In this document: positions 20,937 to 33,411 of the stretch, in pieces
Layout: every line of letters begins with the position of its first letter
How positions within the stretch are numbered: the first letter of the stretch is position 1
Assembly (NCBI RefSeq): GCF_058153355.1
Contig: NZ_CM177019.1
Reading direction: 5' to 3' (one strand)
Length of the DNA: 64,000 bases
Position numbers and translations under genes: made by a program
Notes under the pieces: model-generated
The model's database searches: none
What the model saw: only the letters and a program-made list of their open reading frames with translations
Told to the model about the DNA's origin: nothing

Positions 20937-21062
20937 ACCGTCGACAATGGATAAGTTGACTTCAGGTCTGGGGAGTTCCCCGCGCTAGCGGGAATAAACC
21001 GTGCAGTACGCCTGATGACAAACCAAGCATCGGGAGTTCCCCCGCGTCAGCGGGGGAACTCC
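20912..21062 (+). CRISPR. minimal type I-E CRISPR array: 3 repeats, 2 spacers of 32 bp; last repeat degenerate
   Basis: Repeats gtgttccccgcgccagcggggataaaccg (20912-20940), gagttccccgcgctagcgggaataaaccg (20973-21001), degenerate gagttcccccgcgtcagcgggggaactc (from 21034); spacers 20941-20972 and 21002-21033. Confidence 0.85.
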
Positions 21063-21083
21063 CAGCTCCCATTTTCAAACGCC

Positions 21084-22121
21084 TCATGACGCCTTCGCCA
21101 GTTCCTTCACTAGCGGTAGCATTATCCGCATAACGTCACGGCAGCGACGTTCTATTCTTCCAGGAAGCGCCTTATCAATATGCTGTTGATTATCAAGCCT
21201 TACATCATGCCAGCTATTTCCCGCCGGGAAGGCCGGTGTTTTTGCGCGTTGCTGATAACCATCCTTATTTCCAAGATTCCAGTTGGTCGCCTCCACCGAA
21301 AGTACCGCAATACCGGCTTTGTCGAAAACTTCTGCATCGTTACAACACCCAGTGCCTTTCGGATAGTTTTTATTCAAACCTGGATTTGTTGTCGCTGCAA
21401 TCCCATGATTATGCGCAATTGCCAGCGCTCGATCACGGGTTAATTTCCTGACAGCCTCTGGTGTATTTACACCACTATTAAAATACAATTTATCGCCAAC
21501 AATTAAGTTATCGAGATTAATCACCAGCAGCGTATTTTTCTTTTCAGTATCGCTCATGCGCTTGAGTAAATTCTCAGCGCCTAATTTCCCTTCTTCTTCT
21601 CCACTGGTTGCCACAAAACGAATACCATACTCGGTAGGCGTATTTTTCAGACGTTCAGCCAGTTCCAGCATGACACCTAAACCTGCGGCGTTATCATCCA
21701 TTCCTTGTAATGTCAGCCCGCCGAGATTGGCATCGGCGTCGGCATCGCTCAGTGGAGCGTACGTATCAAGATGCGCCATAATAATGATCTGCTGCGGCGC
21801 TTTGCCTTCATGAGCGGCAATCACCGTACTTCCCGTCACGTTGTGCCAGTTTTTGCGGTTATCGCGGGCGGTGTAAATATATCGGCTATTAAATGTCCGA
21901 ATATCACTGCGATAACCCATCTGTTGAAACTGTTGGCGAATATAATCGGCAGATAACATTTCTGCAGGAGTTCCGGTCATGCGTCCCGGAAAGAAAGTAG
22001 CAATATGTCGTGCCTGTGTATTAGCAAAATCACCAGGTTTAGGTGACGAGGCGTGTACGGGGAGAATAAAGCATACGCCGAGCGCCAGGGCAGCGGTACG
22101 GTGGCGCAATGCGGAAAACAT
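21084..22121 (-). CDS. iap: alkaline phosphatase isozyme conversion aminopeptidase
   Basis: 345 aa ORF with signal peptide; position next to the CRISPR array as in K-12. Confidence 0.85.
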   Translation of the reverse strand: MFSALRHRTAALALGVCFILPVHASSPKPGDFANTQARHIATFFPGRMTGTPAEMLSADYIRQQFQQMGYRSDIRTFNSRYIYTARDNRKNWHNVTGSTVIAAHEGKAPQQIIIMAHLDTYAPLSDADADANLGGLTLQGMDDNAAGLGVMLELAERLKNTPTEYGIRFVATSGEEEGKLGAENLLKRMSDTEKKNTLLVINLDNLIVGDKLYFNSGVNTPEAVRKLTRDRALAIAHNHGIAATTNPGLNKNYPKGTGCCNDAEVFDKAGIAVLSVEATNWNLGNKDGYQQRAKTPAFPAGNSWHDVRLDNQQHIDKALPGRIERRCRDVMRIMLPLVKELAKAS

Positions 22122-22372
22122 AGTGAGTCCTTAAATACCATGCAAATTTTTTTACCGCCATAGTATGAAACTGCCGCTGCGCTAAAACAATTTCAAATCT
22201 TCCTAAACGCCCGAAATCCGGTGCCTTAAGCACTTTTTGATATTAGCTTTGCCAAATCGTTATTCCGTTAAGGAACTACTCATTCTAATTGGTAATTTCA
22301 TTCGTTCTCTTACGCTCCCTATAGTCGAAACATCTGATGGCAAGAAAATAGCGGTATTGCAAAGGAACGGTT

Positions 22373-23281
22373 ATGGATCAAAAACGACTTACTCACCTGC
22401 GGCAACTGGAGGCGGAAAGCATCCACATTATTCGCGAGGTGGCGGCAGAATTCTCAAATCCGGTGATGCTCTACTCTATCGGTAAAGATTCCAGCGTCAT
22501 GCTGCATCTGGCGCGCAAGGCGTTTTATCCGGGTACGCTGCCTTTCCCTCTGCTGCATGTTGATACTGGCTGGAAATTCCGCGAGATGTATGAGTTTCGC
22601 GATCGTACGGCTAAAGCCTATGGCTGCGAGTTGCTGGTGCATAAAAACCCGGAAGGCGTGGCGATGGGGATTAATCCATTCGTACACGGCAGCGCAAAAC
22701 ATACCGATATTATGAAAACCGAAGGTTTGAAGCAGGCGTTGAACAAGTACGGTTTTGATGCCGCCTTCGGTGGCGCACGTCGTGACGAAGAGAAATCCCG
22801 CGCTAAAGAGCGTATCTACTCTTTCCGTGATCGCTTCCATCGCTGGGACCCGAAAAATCAGCGCCCGGAACTGTGGCACAACTACAACGGGCAAATTAAC
22901 AAAGGCGAAAGTATTCGTGTCTTCCCGCTCTCTAACTGGACCGAGCAGGATATCTGGCAATACATCTGGCTGGAAAATATTGACATTGTCCCACTGTATC
23001 TCGCCGCTGAACGTCCGGTTCTGGAACGCGACGGTATGTTGATGATGATTGATGACAACCGTATCGACCTGCAACCGGGCGAAGTGATTAAAAAACGGAT
23101 GGTGCGTTTCCGTACGCTGGGCTGCTGGCCGCTGACCGGCGCGGTGGAGTCAAATGCGCAAACACTGCCGGAAATCATCGAAGAGATGCTGGTTTCCACC
23201 ACTAGTGAACGTCAGGGGCGCGTGATTGACCGCGACCAGGCGGGATCCATGGAGCTGAAAAAACGTCAGGGGTATTTTTAA
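22373..23281 (+). CDS. cysD: sulfate adenylyltransferase subunit 2
   Basis: 302 aa ORF; PAPS-reductase-like fold signature. Confidence 0.95.
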   Translation: MDQKRLTHLRQLEAESIHIIREVAAEFSNPVMLYSIGKDSSVMLHLARKAFYPGTLPFPLLHVDTGWKFREMYEFRDRTAKAYGCELLVHKNPEGVAMGINPFVHGSAKHTDIMKTEGLKQALNKYGFDAAFGGARRDEEKSRAKERIYSFRDRFHRWDPKNQRPELWHNYNGQINKGESIRVFPLSNWTEQDIWQYIWLENIDIVPLYLAAERPVLERDGMLMMIDDNRIDLQPGEVIKKRMVRFRTLGCWPLTGAVESNAQTLPEIIEEMLVSTTSERQGRVIDRDQAGSMELKKRQGYF

Positions 23282-23282
23282 G

Positions 23283-24710
23283 ATGAACACCGTACTTGCA
23301 CAACAAATCGCCAACGAAGGCGGCGTCGAAGCCTGGATGATTGCGCAACAACATAAAAGCCTGCTGCGTTTTCTGACCTGTGGTAGCGTCGATGACGGCA
23401 AAAGTACCCTGATTGGTCGCCTGCTGCACGATACCCGCCAAATCTACGAAGATCAGCTCTCATCACTGCATAACGACAGTAAACGTCACGGCACCCAGGG
23501 CGAAAAACTGGATCTGGCCCTGCTGGTGGACGGCCTGCAAGCTGAGCGTGAACAGGGCATCACCATTGATGTGGCTTACCGCTATTTCTCCACCGAGAAG
23601 CGTAAATTTATCATTGCCGACACTCCCGGGCACGAGCAGTACACCCGCAATATGGCGACTGGCGCATCGACATGCGAACTGGCGATCTTACTGATCGATG
23701 CCCGTAAAGGCGTGCTCGATCAAACCCGTCGTCACAGTTTTATCTCCACGCTGTTGGGTATCAAACATCTGGTCGTGGCGATCAACAAAATGGATCTGGT
23801 GGGTTACAGCGAAGAGACGTTCACCCGCATTCGTGAAGATTATCTGACCTTTGCCGGGCAGCTGCCGGGTAATCTGGATATCCGCTTTGTGCCGCTCTCC
23901 GCACTGGAAGGCGACAACGTGGCTTCGCAAAGTGAAAGTATGCCGTGGTACAGCGGTCCGACACTGCTCGAAGTGCTGGAAACCGTGGAAATCCAGCGAG
24001 TGGTGGATGCTCAGCCAATGCGCTTTCCGGTGCAGTACGTTAACCGCCCGAATCTCGATTTTCGTGGCTACGCCGGAACGCTGGCATCCGGTCGCGTGGA
24101 AGTCGGGCAACGTGTCAAAGTGCTGCCCTCTGGTGTGGAATCAAACGTCGCGCGGATCGTGACCTTTGATGGCGATCGCGAAGAAGCCTTTGCCGGAGAA
24201 GCGATCACCCTGGTGCTGACGGATGAGATCGACATCAGCCGTGGCGATCTGCTGCTGGCGGCAGACGAAGCGTTACCGGCAGTGCAGAGCGCGTCGGTGG
24301 ATGTGGTGTGGATGGCGGAACAGCCGCTTTCCCCTGGACAAAGCTACGACATCAAAATTGCCGGTAAGAAGACGCGTGCCCGTGTTGATAGTATTCGCTA
24401 TCAGGTTGATATTAATAACCTTACTCAACACGAAGTTGAAAATCTGCCGCTAAACGGCATTGGTTTGGTGGATCTCACTTTTGACGAGCCGCTGGTGTTA
24501 GATCGTTATCAGCAAAACCCGGTTACTGGTGGTCTGATTTTTATCGATCGCCTGAGCAATGTGACCGTGGGTGCCGGTATGGTGCACGAGCCAGTTAGCC
24601 AGGCTACTGCTGTGCCATCTGAATTCAGTGCATTCGAACTGGAATTGAATGCCCTGGTCCGTCGTCATTTCCCGCACTGGGGCGCTCGCGATTTACGGGG
24701 AGATAAATAA
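23283..24710 (+). CDS. cysN: sulfate adenylyltransferase subunit 1 (GTPase)
   Basis: 475 aa ORF; GSVDDGKST and DTPGHEQY GTPase motifs. Confidence 0.95.
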   Translation: MNTVLAQQIANEGGVEAWMIAQQHKSLLRFLTCGSVDDGKSTLIGRLLHDTRQIYEDQLSSLHNDSKRHGTQGEKLDLALLVDGLQAEREQGITIDVAYRYFSTEKRKFIIADTPGHEQYTRNMATGASTCELAILLIDARKGVLDQTRRHSFISTLLGIKHLVVAINKMDLVGYSEETFTRIREDYLTFAGQLPGNLDIRFVPLSALEGDNVASQSESMPWYSGPTLLEVLETVEIQRVVDAQPMRFPVQYVNRPNLDFRGYAGTLASGRVEVGQRVKVLPSGVESNVARIVTFDGDREEAFAGEAITLVLTDEIDISRGDLLLAADEALPAVQSASVDVVWMAEQPLSPGQSYDIKIAGKKTRARVDSIRYQVDINNLTQHEVENLPLNGIGLVDLTFDEPLVLDRYQQNPVTGGLIFIDRLSNVTVGAGMVHEPVSQATAVPSEFSAFELELNALVRRHFPHWGARDLRGDK

Positions 24711-25315
24711 TGGCGCTGCATGACGAAAACGTCGTCTGGCATAGCCATCCGGTCACAGTGCAACAACGCGAGCAACACCACGGTCATCGTGGTGTTGTGT
24801 TGTGGTTTACCGGCCTATCCGGGTCCGGTAAATCCACGGTCGCCGGGGCGCTGGAGGAGGCGTTACATAAACTTGGCGTCAGTACGTATTTGCTGGATGG
24901 CGACAACGTTCGCCACGGATTATGCAGCGATCTCGGTTTTAGTGATGCCGATCGTAAAGAAAATATCCGTCGCGTCGGTGAAGTGGCGAATTTAATGGTT
25001 GAAGCTGGACTGGTGGTGCTGACCGCGTTTATCTCGCCACACCGCGCCGAACGCCAGATGGTTCGCGAACGCGTAGGAGAAGGGCGTTTTATCGAAGTGT
25101 TTGTCGATACGCCGCTGGCGATTTGCGAGGCCCGCGATCCAAAAGGCTTATATAAGAAAGCACGTGCCGGTGAACTGCGTAACTTTACGGGAATAGATTC
25201 CGTTTACGAAGCACCTGAATCGGCAGAAATTCATCTCAATGGTGAACAATTAGTAACAAATTTGGTACAGCAATTATTAGATCTGTTGAGACAGAACGAT
25301 ATTATCAGATCCTGA
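24710..25315 (+). CDS. cysC: adenylyl-sulfate kinase
   Basis: 201 aa ORF; [10 protein letters not shown]-loop. Confidence 0.95.
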   Translation: MALHDENVVWHSHPVTVQQREQHHGHRGVVLWFTGLSGSGKSTVAGALEEALHKLGVSTYLLDGDNVRHGLCSDLGFSDADRKENIRRVGEVANLMVEAGLVVLTAFISPHRAERQMVRERVGEGRFIEVFVDTPLAICEARDPKGLYKKARAGELRNFTGIDSVYEAPESAEIHLNGEQLVTNLVQQLLDLLRQNDIIRS

Positions 25316-25364
25316 GACACCACCGGGTTTCCATGCCCGGTCCGTCAAAGTTACAGGATCAAAT

Positions 25365-25688
25365 ATGCGTAATAGCCATAACATTACACTAACAAATAAC
25401 GACAGCCTTACTGAGGATGAAGAAACCACATGGTCACTGCCAGGTGCTGTGGTCGGTTTTGTCTCCTGGTTATTTGCGCTGGCGATGCCGATGTTGATTT
25501 ATGGCTCTAACACGCTGTTCTTCTTTATCTACACCTGGCCTTTCTTTCTGGCACTGATGCCTGTCGCGGTGGTGGTGGGGATTGCACTGCATTCATTGAT
25601 GGACGGAAAGCTACGCTACAGTATTGTTTTCACCCTGGTGACAGTCGGCATTATGTTTGGCGCACTGTTTATGTGGCTACTGGGCTAA
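25365..25688 (+). CDS. ygbE: inner-membrane protein YgbE
   Basis: 107 aa hydrophobic ORF. Confidence 0.75.
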   Translation: MRNSHNITLTNNDSLTEDEETTWSLPGAVVGFVSWLFALAMPMLIYGSNTLFFFIYTWPFFLALMPVAVVVGIALHSLMDGKLRYSIVFTLVTVGIMFGALFMWLLG

Positions 25689-25881
25689 TTTGTACTTTCC
25701 CGTCTCCTCTGTTCATAATTCAAACCGTAACGAATAATGAGATTATGTTCTGCACGCCCTGGGTATACGTAACAATGGACAAATGTGGTACATTTGCCCG
25801 CGTTGTCGCGGTATCCCCAACAGAGGATGTAGAGTCGTCTTCGGATGCATGGGATGAAGATGCCGTTTTTCAGGGGGCAGG

Positions 25882-26193
25882 ATGGGTAAACTAACGCTGC
25901 TGTTGCTGGCTATTCTGGTCTGGCTACAGTATTCGCTGTGGTTCGGTAAGAACGGTATACATGACTATACCCGCGTCAATGATGATGTGGCGGCACAGCA
26001 AGCTACAAACGCGAAACTTAAAGCGCGAAACGATCAACTTTTTGCCGAAATTGACGATCTCAATGGCGGCCAGGAGGCGCTCGAAGAGCGTGCGCGTAAT
26101 GAACTCAGCATGACCAGGCCGGGCGAAACTTTTTATCGTCTGGTGCCTGACGCGTCGAAACGCGCACAGTCTGCGGGGCAAAACACTCGATAA
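25882..26193 (+). CDS. ftsB: cell division protein FtsB
   Basis: 103 aa ORF with N-terminal TM segment and coiled-coil region. Confidence 0.9.
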   Translation: MGKLTLLLLAILVWLQYSLWFGKNGIHDYTRVNDDVAAQQATNAKLKARNDQLFAEIDDLNGGQEALEERARNELSMTRPGETFYRLVPDASKRAQSAGQNTR

Positions 26194-26211
26194 ATCAGCC
26201 CGGGAATTAAC

Positions 26212-26922
26212 ATGGCAACCACTCATTTGGATGTTTGCGCCGTGGTTCCGGCGGCCGGATTTGGCCGTCGAATGCAAACGGAATGTCCTAAGCAATATCT
26301 CTCAATCGGTAATCAAACCATTCTTGAACACTCGGTGCATGCGCTGCTGGCGCATCCCCGGGTGACTCGTGTCGTCATTGCCATAAGTCCTGGCGATAGC
26401 CGCTTTGCACAACTTCCTCTGGCGAATCATCCGCAAATCACCGTTGTAGATGGCGGTAATGAGCGTGCCGATTCCGTGCTGGCAGGTCTGAAAGCCGCTG
26501 ACGGCGCGCAGTGGGTATTGGTGCATGACGCCGCTCGTCCTTGTCTGCATCAGGATGACCTTGCGCGATTGTTGGCGTTGAGCGAAACCAGTCGCACAGG
26601 GGGGATCCTCGCCGCACCGGTGCGCGATACCATGAAACGTGCCGAACCTGGCAAAAATGCCATTGCTCATACCGTTGATCGCAACGGCTTATGGCACGCG
26701 CTGACGCCGCAATTTTTCCCTCGTGAGCTGTTACATGACTGTCTGACGCGCGCTTTAAATGAAGGTGCGACTATTACCGACGAAGCCTCGGCGCTGGAAT
26801 ATTGCGGATTCCATCCGCAGTTGGTCGAAGGCCGCGCGGATAACATTAAAGTCACGCGTCCGGAAGATTTGGCACTGGCCGAGTTTTACCTCACCCGAAC
26901 CATCCATCAGGAGAATACATAA
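26212..26922 (+). CDS. ispD: 2-C-methyl-D-erythritol 4-phosphate cytidylyltransferase
   Basis: 236 aa ORF; [11 protein letters not shown] motif. Confidence 0.9.
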   Translation: MATTHLDVCAVVPAAGFGRRMQTECPKQYLSIGNQTILEHSVHALLAHPRVTRVVIAISPGDSRFAQLPLANHPQITVVDGGNERADSVLAGLKAADGAQWVLVHDAARPCLHQDDLARLLALSETSRTGGILAAPVRDTMKRAEPGKNAIAHTVDRNGLWHALTPQFFPRELLHDCLTRALNEGATITDEASALEYCGFHPQLVEGRADNIKVTRPEDLALAEFYLTRTIHQENT

Positions 26923-27401
26923 TGCGAATTGGACACGGTTTTGACGTACACGCCTTTGGCGGTGAAGGCCCAATTATCATTGGTGGCGTACGCATTCCTT
27001 ACGAAAAAGGGTTGCTGGCGCATTCTGATGGCGACGTGGCGTTACATGCACTGACCGATGCATTGCTTGGTGCAGCGGCGTTGGGGGATATCGGCAAGCT
27101 GTTCCCGGATACCGATCCATCATTTAAAGGGGCCGACAGCCGCGAATTGCTGCGCGAAGCCTGGCGTCGTATTCAGGCGAAGGGTTATACCCTTGGTAAC
27201 GTCGATGTCACTATCATCGCTCAGGCACCGAAGATGTTGCCGCATATTCCACAAATGCGCGTGTTTATTGCCGAAGATCTCGGCTGCCATATGGATGATG
27301 TTAACGTGAAAGCCACTACTACGGAAAAATTAGGATTTACCGGGCGTGGGGAAGGGATTGCCTGTGAAGCGGTGGCGCTACTCATTAAGGCAACAAAATG
27401 A
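26922..27401 (+). CDS. ispF: 2-C-methyl-D-erythritol 2,4-cyclodiphosphate synthase
   Basis: 159 aa ORF; [10 protein letters not shown] motif. Confidence 0.9.
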   Translation: MRIGHGFDVHAFGGEGPIIIGGVRIPYEKGLLAHSDGDVALHALTDALLGAAALGDIGKLFPDTDPSFKGADSRELLREAWRRIQAKGYTLGNVDVTIIAQAPKMLPHIPQMRVFIAEDLGCHMDDVNVKATTTEKLGFTGRGEGIACEAVALLIKATK

Positions 27402-28427
27402 TTGAGTTTGATAATCTCACTTACCTCCACGGTAAACCGCAAGGTACCGGGCTGCTGAAAGCCAATCCGGAAGACTTTGTGGTGGTGGAAGATTTGGGCT
27501 TTGAGCCTGATGGTGAAGGTGAGCATATTCTGGTTAGAATCCTCAAAAACGGCTGTAATACCCGTTTTGTGGCGGATGCACTGGCGAAATTCCTGAAAAT
27601 TCATGCCCGTGAAGTCAGCTTCGCTGGGCAAAAAGACAAACATGCTGTTACGGAACAGTGGTTATGCGCTCGCGTGCCAGGCAAAGAGATGCCCGATCTC
27701 AGTGCTTTTCAACTGGAAGGTTGTCAGGTGCTGGAGTATGCGCGGCACAAGCGTAAGCTGCGTTTAGGGGCGCTGAAAGGTAACGCTTTTACCCTGGTAC
27801 TCCGCGAAGTGAGCAATCGTGATGACGTTGAACAACGTCTGATCGATATTTGCGTAAAAGGTGTACCGAACTACTTTGGTGCCCAACGTTTTGGTATTAG
27901 CGGCAGCAACTTGCAGGGTGCGCTGCGCTGGGCGCAAACCCATACTCCGGTGCGTGATCGCAATAAACGGAGTTTTTGGTTGTCGGCAGCCCGCAGTGCG
28001 TTGTTTAATCAGATTGTTGCTGAGCGCCTCAAAAAAGCAGACGTTAATCAAGTTGTTGACGGCGATGCGCTACAATTAGCCGGACGTGGTAGCTGGTTTG
28101 TTGCAACCACCGAAGAACTGGCGGAATTACAGCGTCGCGTCAACGATAAAGAGCTGATGATTACTGCTGCATTGCCGGGCAGTGGCGAATGGGGAACTCA
28201 GCGTGAAGCGCTGGCATTCGAACAAGCAGCTGTCGCCGAAGAAACTGAATTGCAAGCCTTACTGGTGCGCGAAAAAGTTGAAGCCGCGCGCAGAGCGATG
28301 CTGCTGTATCCGCAACAATTAAGCTGGAACTGGTGGGATGACGTCACCGTAGAAATCCGTTTCTGGCTTCCGGCAGGCAGTTTTGCGACCAGCGTTGTCA
28401 GGGAACTTATCAACACAACAGGTGATT

Positions 28428-28447
<20 letters not shown>
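27398..28447 (+). CDS. truD: tRNA pseudouridine13 synthase
   Basis: 349 aa ORF. Confidence 0.9.
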
Positions 28448-29809
<1,362 letters not shown>

Positions 29810-29948
29810 AACGTGAGGAAATACCTGGATTTTTCCTGGTTATTTTGCCGCAGGTCAGCGTATCGTGAACATCTTTTCCAGTGTTCAGTATGGTGCCTTG
29901 CACGGTAATTATGTCACTGGTTATTAACCAATTTTTCTTGGGGGATAA

Positions 29949-31088
29949 ATGAGCGCGGGAAGCCCAAAATTCACCGTTCGCCGCATTGCGGCTTTGTCAC
30001 TGGTTTCGCTATGGCTGGCAGGCTGTTCTGACACTTCAAATCCACCGGCACCGGTCAGCTCCGTTAATGGCAATGCGTCTGCAAACACCAATTCTGGTAT
30101 GTTGATTACGCCGCCGCCGAAAATGGGGACGACGTCTACAACGCAGCAACCGCAAATTCAGCCGGTACAGCAGCCACAAATTCAATCTGCACAACAACCG
30201 CAAATCCAGCCGGTGCAGCCAGTTGCTCAGCCGCCGGTACAGATGGAAAACGGACGCATCGTCTACAACCGTCAGTATGGGAACATTCCGAAAGGCAGTT
30301 ATAGCGGCAGTACATACACCGTGAAAAAAGGCGACACACTTTTCTATATCGCCTGGATTACTGGCAATGATTTCCGTGACCTTGCTCAGCGCAACAATAT
30401 TCAGGCACCATACGCGCTGAATGTAGGTCAGACCTTACAGGTGGGTAATGCTTCCGGTACGCCAATCACTGGTGGAAATGCCATTACCCAGGCCGATGCA
30501 GCAGAGCAAGGAGTTGTGATCAAGCCTGCACAAAATTCCACCGTTGCTGTTGCGTCGCAACCGACAATTACGTATTCTGAGTCTTCGGGTGAACAGAGTG
30601 CTAACAAAATGTTGCCGAACAACAAGCCAACTGGGACCACGGTCACAGCGCCTGTAACGGTACCAACAGCAAGCACAACCGAGCCGACTGTCAGCAGTAC
30701 ATCAACCAGTACGCCTATCTCCACCTGGCGCTGGCCGACTGAGGGCAAAGTGATCGAAACTTTTGGTGCTTCTGAGGGGGGCAACAAGGGGATTGATATC
30801 GCGGGCAGCAAAGGACAGGCAATTATCGCGACCGCAGATGGCCGCGTTGTTTATGCTGGTAACGCGCTGCGCGGCTACGGTAATCTGATTATCATCAAAC
30901 ATAATGATGATTACCTGAGTGCCTACGCCCATAACGACACAATGCTGGTCCGGGAACAACAAGAAGTGAAGGCGGGGCAAAAAATAGCGACTATGGGTAG
31001 CACCGGAACCAGTTCAACACGCTTGCATTTTGAAATTCGTTACAAGGGGAAATCCGTAAACCCGCTGCGCTATTTGCCGCAGCGATAA
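29949..31088 (+). CDS. nlpD: murein hydrolase activator lipoprotein NlpD (LysM + M23 domains)
   Basis: 379 aa ORF; lipobox LAGC, Gln/Pro-rich repeats, LysM and peptidase-M23-like C-terminus. Confidence 0.9.
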   Translation: MSAGSPKFTVRRIAALSLVSLWLAGCSDTSNPPAPVSSVNGNASANTNSGMLITPPPKMGTTSTTQQPQIQPVQQPQIQSAQQPQIQPVQPVAQPPVQMENGRIVYNRQYGNIPKGSYSGSTYTVKKGDTLFYIAWITGNDFRDLAQRNNIQAPYALNVGQTLQVGNASGTPITGGNAITQADAAEQGVVIKPAQNSTVAVASQPTITYSESSGEQSANKMLPNNKPTGTTVTAPVTVPTASTTEPTVSSTSTSTPISTWRWPTEGKVIETFGASEGGNKGIDIAGSKGQAIIATADGRVVYAGNALRGYGNLIIIKHNDDYLSAYAHNDTMLVREQQEVKAGQKIATMGSTGTSSTRLHFEIRYKGKSVNPLRYLPQR

Positions 31089-31150
31089 ATCGGCGGAACC
31101 AGGCTTTTGCTTGAATGTTCCGTCAAGGGATCACGGGTAGGAGCCACCTT

Positions 31151-32143
31151 ATGAGTCAGAATACGCTGAAAGTTCATGATTTAAATGAAGATGCGGAATT
31201 TGATGAGAACGGAGTTGAGGTTTTTGACGAAAAGGCCTTAGTAGAAGAGGAACCCAGTGATAACGATTTGGCCGAAGAGGAACTGTTATCGCAAGGGGCC
31301 ACACAGCGTGTGTTGGACGCGACTCAGCTTTACCTTGGTGAGATTGGTTATTCACCACTGTTAACGGCCGAAGAAGAAGTTTATTTTGCGCGTCGCGCAC
31401 TGCGAGGAGATGTTGCCTCCCGCCGCCGGATGATCGAGAGTAACTTACGTCTGGTGGTAAAAATTGCCCGCCGTTATGGCAATCGTGGTCTGGCTTTGCT
31501 GGATCTTATCGAAGAGGGCAACCTGGGGCTGATCCGCGCGGTAGAGAAGTTTGACCCGGAACGTGGTTTCCGCTTCTCAACATACGCAACCTGGTGGATT
31601 CGCCAGACGATCGAACGGGCGATTATGAACCAAACCCGTACTATTCGTTTGCCGATTCACATCGTAAAGGAGCTGAACGTTTACCTGCGAACCGCACGTG
31701 AGTTGTCCCATAAGCTGGACCACGAACCAAGTGCGGAAGAGATCGCAGAGCAGCTGGATAAGCCAGTTGATGACGTCAGCCGTATGCTTCGTCTTAACGA
31801 GCGCATTACCTCGGTAGACACCCCGCTGGGTGGAGATTCCGAAAAAGCGTTGCTGGACATCCTGGCCGATGAAAAAGAAAACGGCCCGGAAGATACCACG
31901 CAAGATGACGATATGAAACAAAGCATCGTCAAATGGCTGTTCGAACTGAACGCCAAACAGCGTGAAGTACTGGCACGTCGATTCGGTTTGCTGGGGTACG
32001 AAGCGGCAACACTGGAAGATGTAGGTCGTGAAATTGGCCTCACCCGTGAACGTGTTCGCCAGATTCAGGTTGAAGGCCTGCGCCGTTTGCGCGAAATCCT
32101 GCAAACGCAGGGGCTGAATATCGAAGCGTTGTTCCGCGAATAA
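31151..32143 (+). CDS. rpoS: RNA polymerase sigma factor RpoS (sigma-38), apparently intact
   Basis: 330 aa from [22 protein letters not shown] with no internal stop; ORF-track start 31115 is an upstream extension. Confidence 0.95.
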   Translation: MSQNTLKVHDLNEDAEFDENGVEVFDEKALVEEEPSDNDLAEEELLSQGATQRVLDATQLYLGEIGYSPLLTAEEEVYFARRALRGDVASRRRMIESNLRLVVKIARRYGNRGLALLDLIEEGNLGLIRAVEKFDPERGFRFSTYATWWIRQTIERAIMNQTRTIRLPIHIVKELNVYLRTARELSHKLDHEPSAEEIAEQLDKPVDDVSRMLRLNERITSVDTPLGGDSEKALLDILADEKENGPEDTTQDDDMKQSIVKWLFELNAKQREVLARRFGLLGYEAATLEDVGREIGLTRERVRQIQVEGLRRLREILQTQGLNIEALFRE

Positions 32144-32157
32144 GTAAGCATCTGTTA

Positions 32158-32195
32158 GAAAGGCCAGTCTCTTATGAGGCTGGCCTTTTTCTTTT
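32158..32195 (+). terminator. rho-independent terminator of rpoS
   Basis: aggccag-tctcttatgagg-ctggcct stem-loop followed by ttttcttttg. Confidence 0.7.
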
Positions 32196-32263
32196 GTATG
32201 GGGAGTTGGTGTGTTTCGTCGCCTGGATAAGACACGTCAGCGTCCCATCCGGCAATCAACATC

Positions 32264-32671
32264 CTATTTGCTCATCATCTTGCGCACCAGCTGCATAAAC
32301 AGCTCCTGCTCTTCTCCACTCAAACGCCCCAAAAATTCCTCATCCACACTGTCGCCAATCGGTATCGCCGCAGCAAGTACCTTTTCTCCTTCGGCAGTCA
32401 GCCAGACAAAGCGTCGCCGCTTATCAGCGGTGTCATGTTCACGTCTGACTAAGCCACGATTTTCCATTCTTGCCAACATTTCTGCCAGCGTTGCTTTGGT
32501 GCTGACGGCTGCTTCCATCAGTGCCACCTGTTCGATACCAGGTTTATCAGCAATGGCGCGCATCACCGCGTACTGTGGTTTGGTCAGGTCAGGTAACTCG
32601 TGCTGCCAGCGGGCCGTATGCTGCTGAAAAAGCTGTCGTAACTGATGGAACGCTTTATTTCGTAACGCCAT
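32264..32671 (-). CDS. MarR-family transcriptional regulator, divergent from the decarboxylase operon
   Basis: 135 aa ORF; assignment by reading the translation, no domain search run. Confidence 0.75.
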   Translation of the reverse strand: MALRNKAFHQLRQLFQQHTARWQHELPDLTKPQYAVMRAIADKPGIEQVALMEAAVSTKATLAEMLARMENRGLVRREHDTADKRRRFVWLTAEGEKVLAAAIPIGDSVDEEFLGRLSGEEQELFMQLVRKMMSK

Positions 32672-32787
32672 GTAAACTCCGGGCTAATTCTCTGTCGCTA
32701 TCATAGCGGTTTTTCAGTGACGAAGAAGATGTTGTTACTTTTCAATCCTTGCCGCTGTGGAAATGAAGGAGTATGCTAATAATAACG

Positions 32788-32799
32788 TTCGTATACGAA
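32788..32799. promoter_or_regulatory. perfect 12-bp palindrome TTCGTATACGAA in the MarR/decarboxylase divergent promoter region (candidate operator)
   Basis: Self-complementary 12-mer located 19-30 bp upstream of the UbiX-like start codon. Confidence 0.3.
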
Positions 32800-32817
32800 C
32801 AATTAAGAGAGTAAGCA

Positions 32818-33411
32818 ATGAAACTGATCGTCGGGATGACAGGGGCTACCGGTGCGCCTCTTGGTGTGGCATTACTGCAAGCGCTGCGGGAGATGCCGAA
32901 TGTCGAGACTCATCTGGTGATGTCGAAGTGGGCGAAAACCACTATTGAACTGGAAACGCCTTACAGCGCTCGCGATGTTGCCGCCCTCGCTGACTTCAGC
33001 CATAACCCGGCGGATCAGGCTGCGACCATCTCTTCCGGCTCCTTTCGTACCGACGGCATGATCGTTATTCCATGCAGTATGAAAACGCTCGCCGGTATCC
33101 GCGCTGGTTACGCCGATGGTCTCGTAGGGCGCGCGGCGGACGTCGTGCTCAAAGAAGGCCGCAAACTGGTGCTGGTGCCGCGTGAAATGCCGCTTAGCAC
33201 CATCCATCTCGAAAATATGCTCGCACTTTCGCGCATGGGCGTGGCGATGGTGCCGCCGATGCCTGCCTTTTATAACCATCCCGAAACGGTAGATGACATT
33301 GTCCACCACGTGGTAGCCCGCGTGCTGGATCAATTTGGCCTCGAACATCCTCACGCCAGGCGCTGGCAAGGGTTGCCGCAGGCCCGGAATTTTTCTCAGG
33401 AGAATGAATAA
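32818..33411 (+). CDS. UbiX/Pad1-family flavin prenyltransferase (decarboxylase subunit B; EcdB-like)
   Basis: 197 aa ORF; MKLIVGMTGATGAPLG flavoprotein motif. Confidence 0.85.
   Translation: MKLIVGMTGATGAPLGVALLQALREMPNVETHLVMSKWAKTTIELETPYSARDVAALADFSHNPADQAATISSGSFRTDGMIVIPCSMKTLAGIRAGYADGLVGRAADVVLKEGRKLVLVPREMPLSTIHLENMLALSRMGVAMVPPMPAFYNHPETVDDIVHHVVARVLDQFGLEHPHARRWQGLPQARNFSQENE

Noticed and set aside
31115-32143. Possible rpoS defect (premature stop or N-terminal variant)
   Set aside because: The frame is continuous for 330 codons from the expected MSQNTLKV start with no internal stop; the longer ORF-track version is only an upstream in-frame extension.
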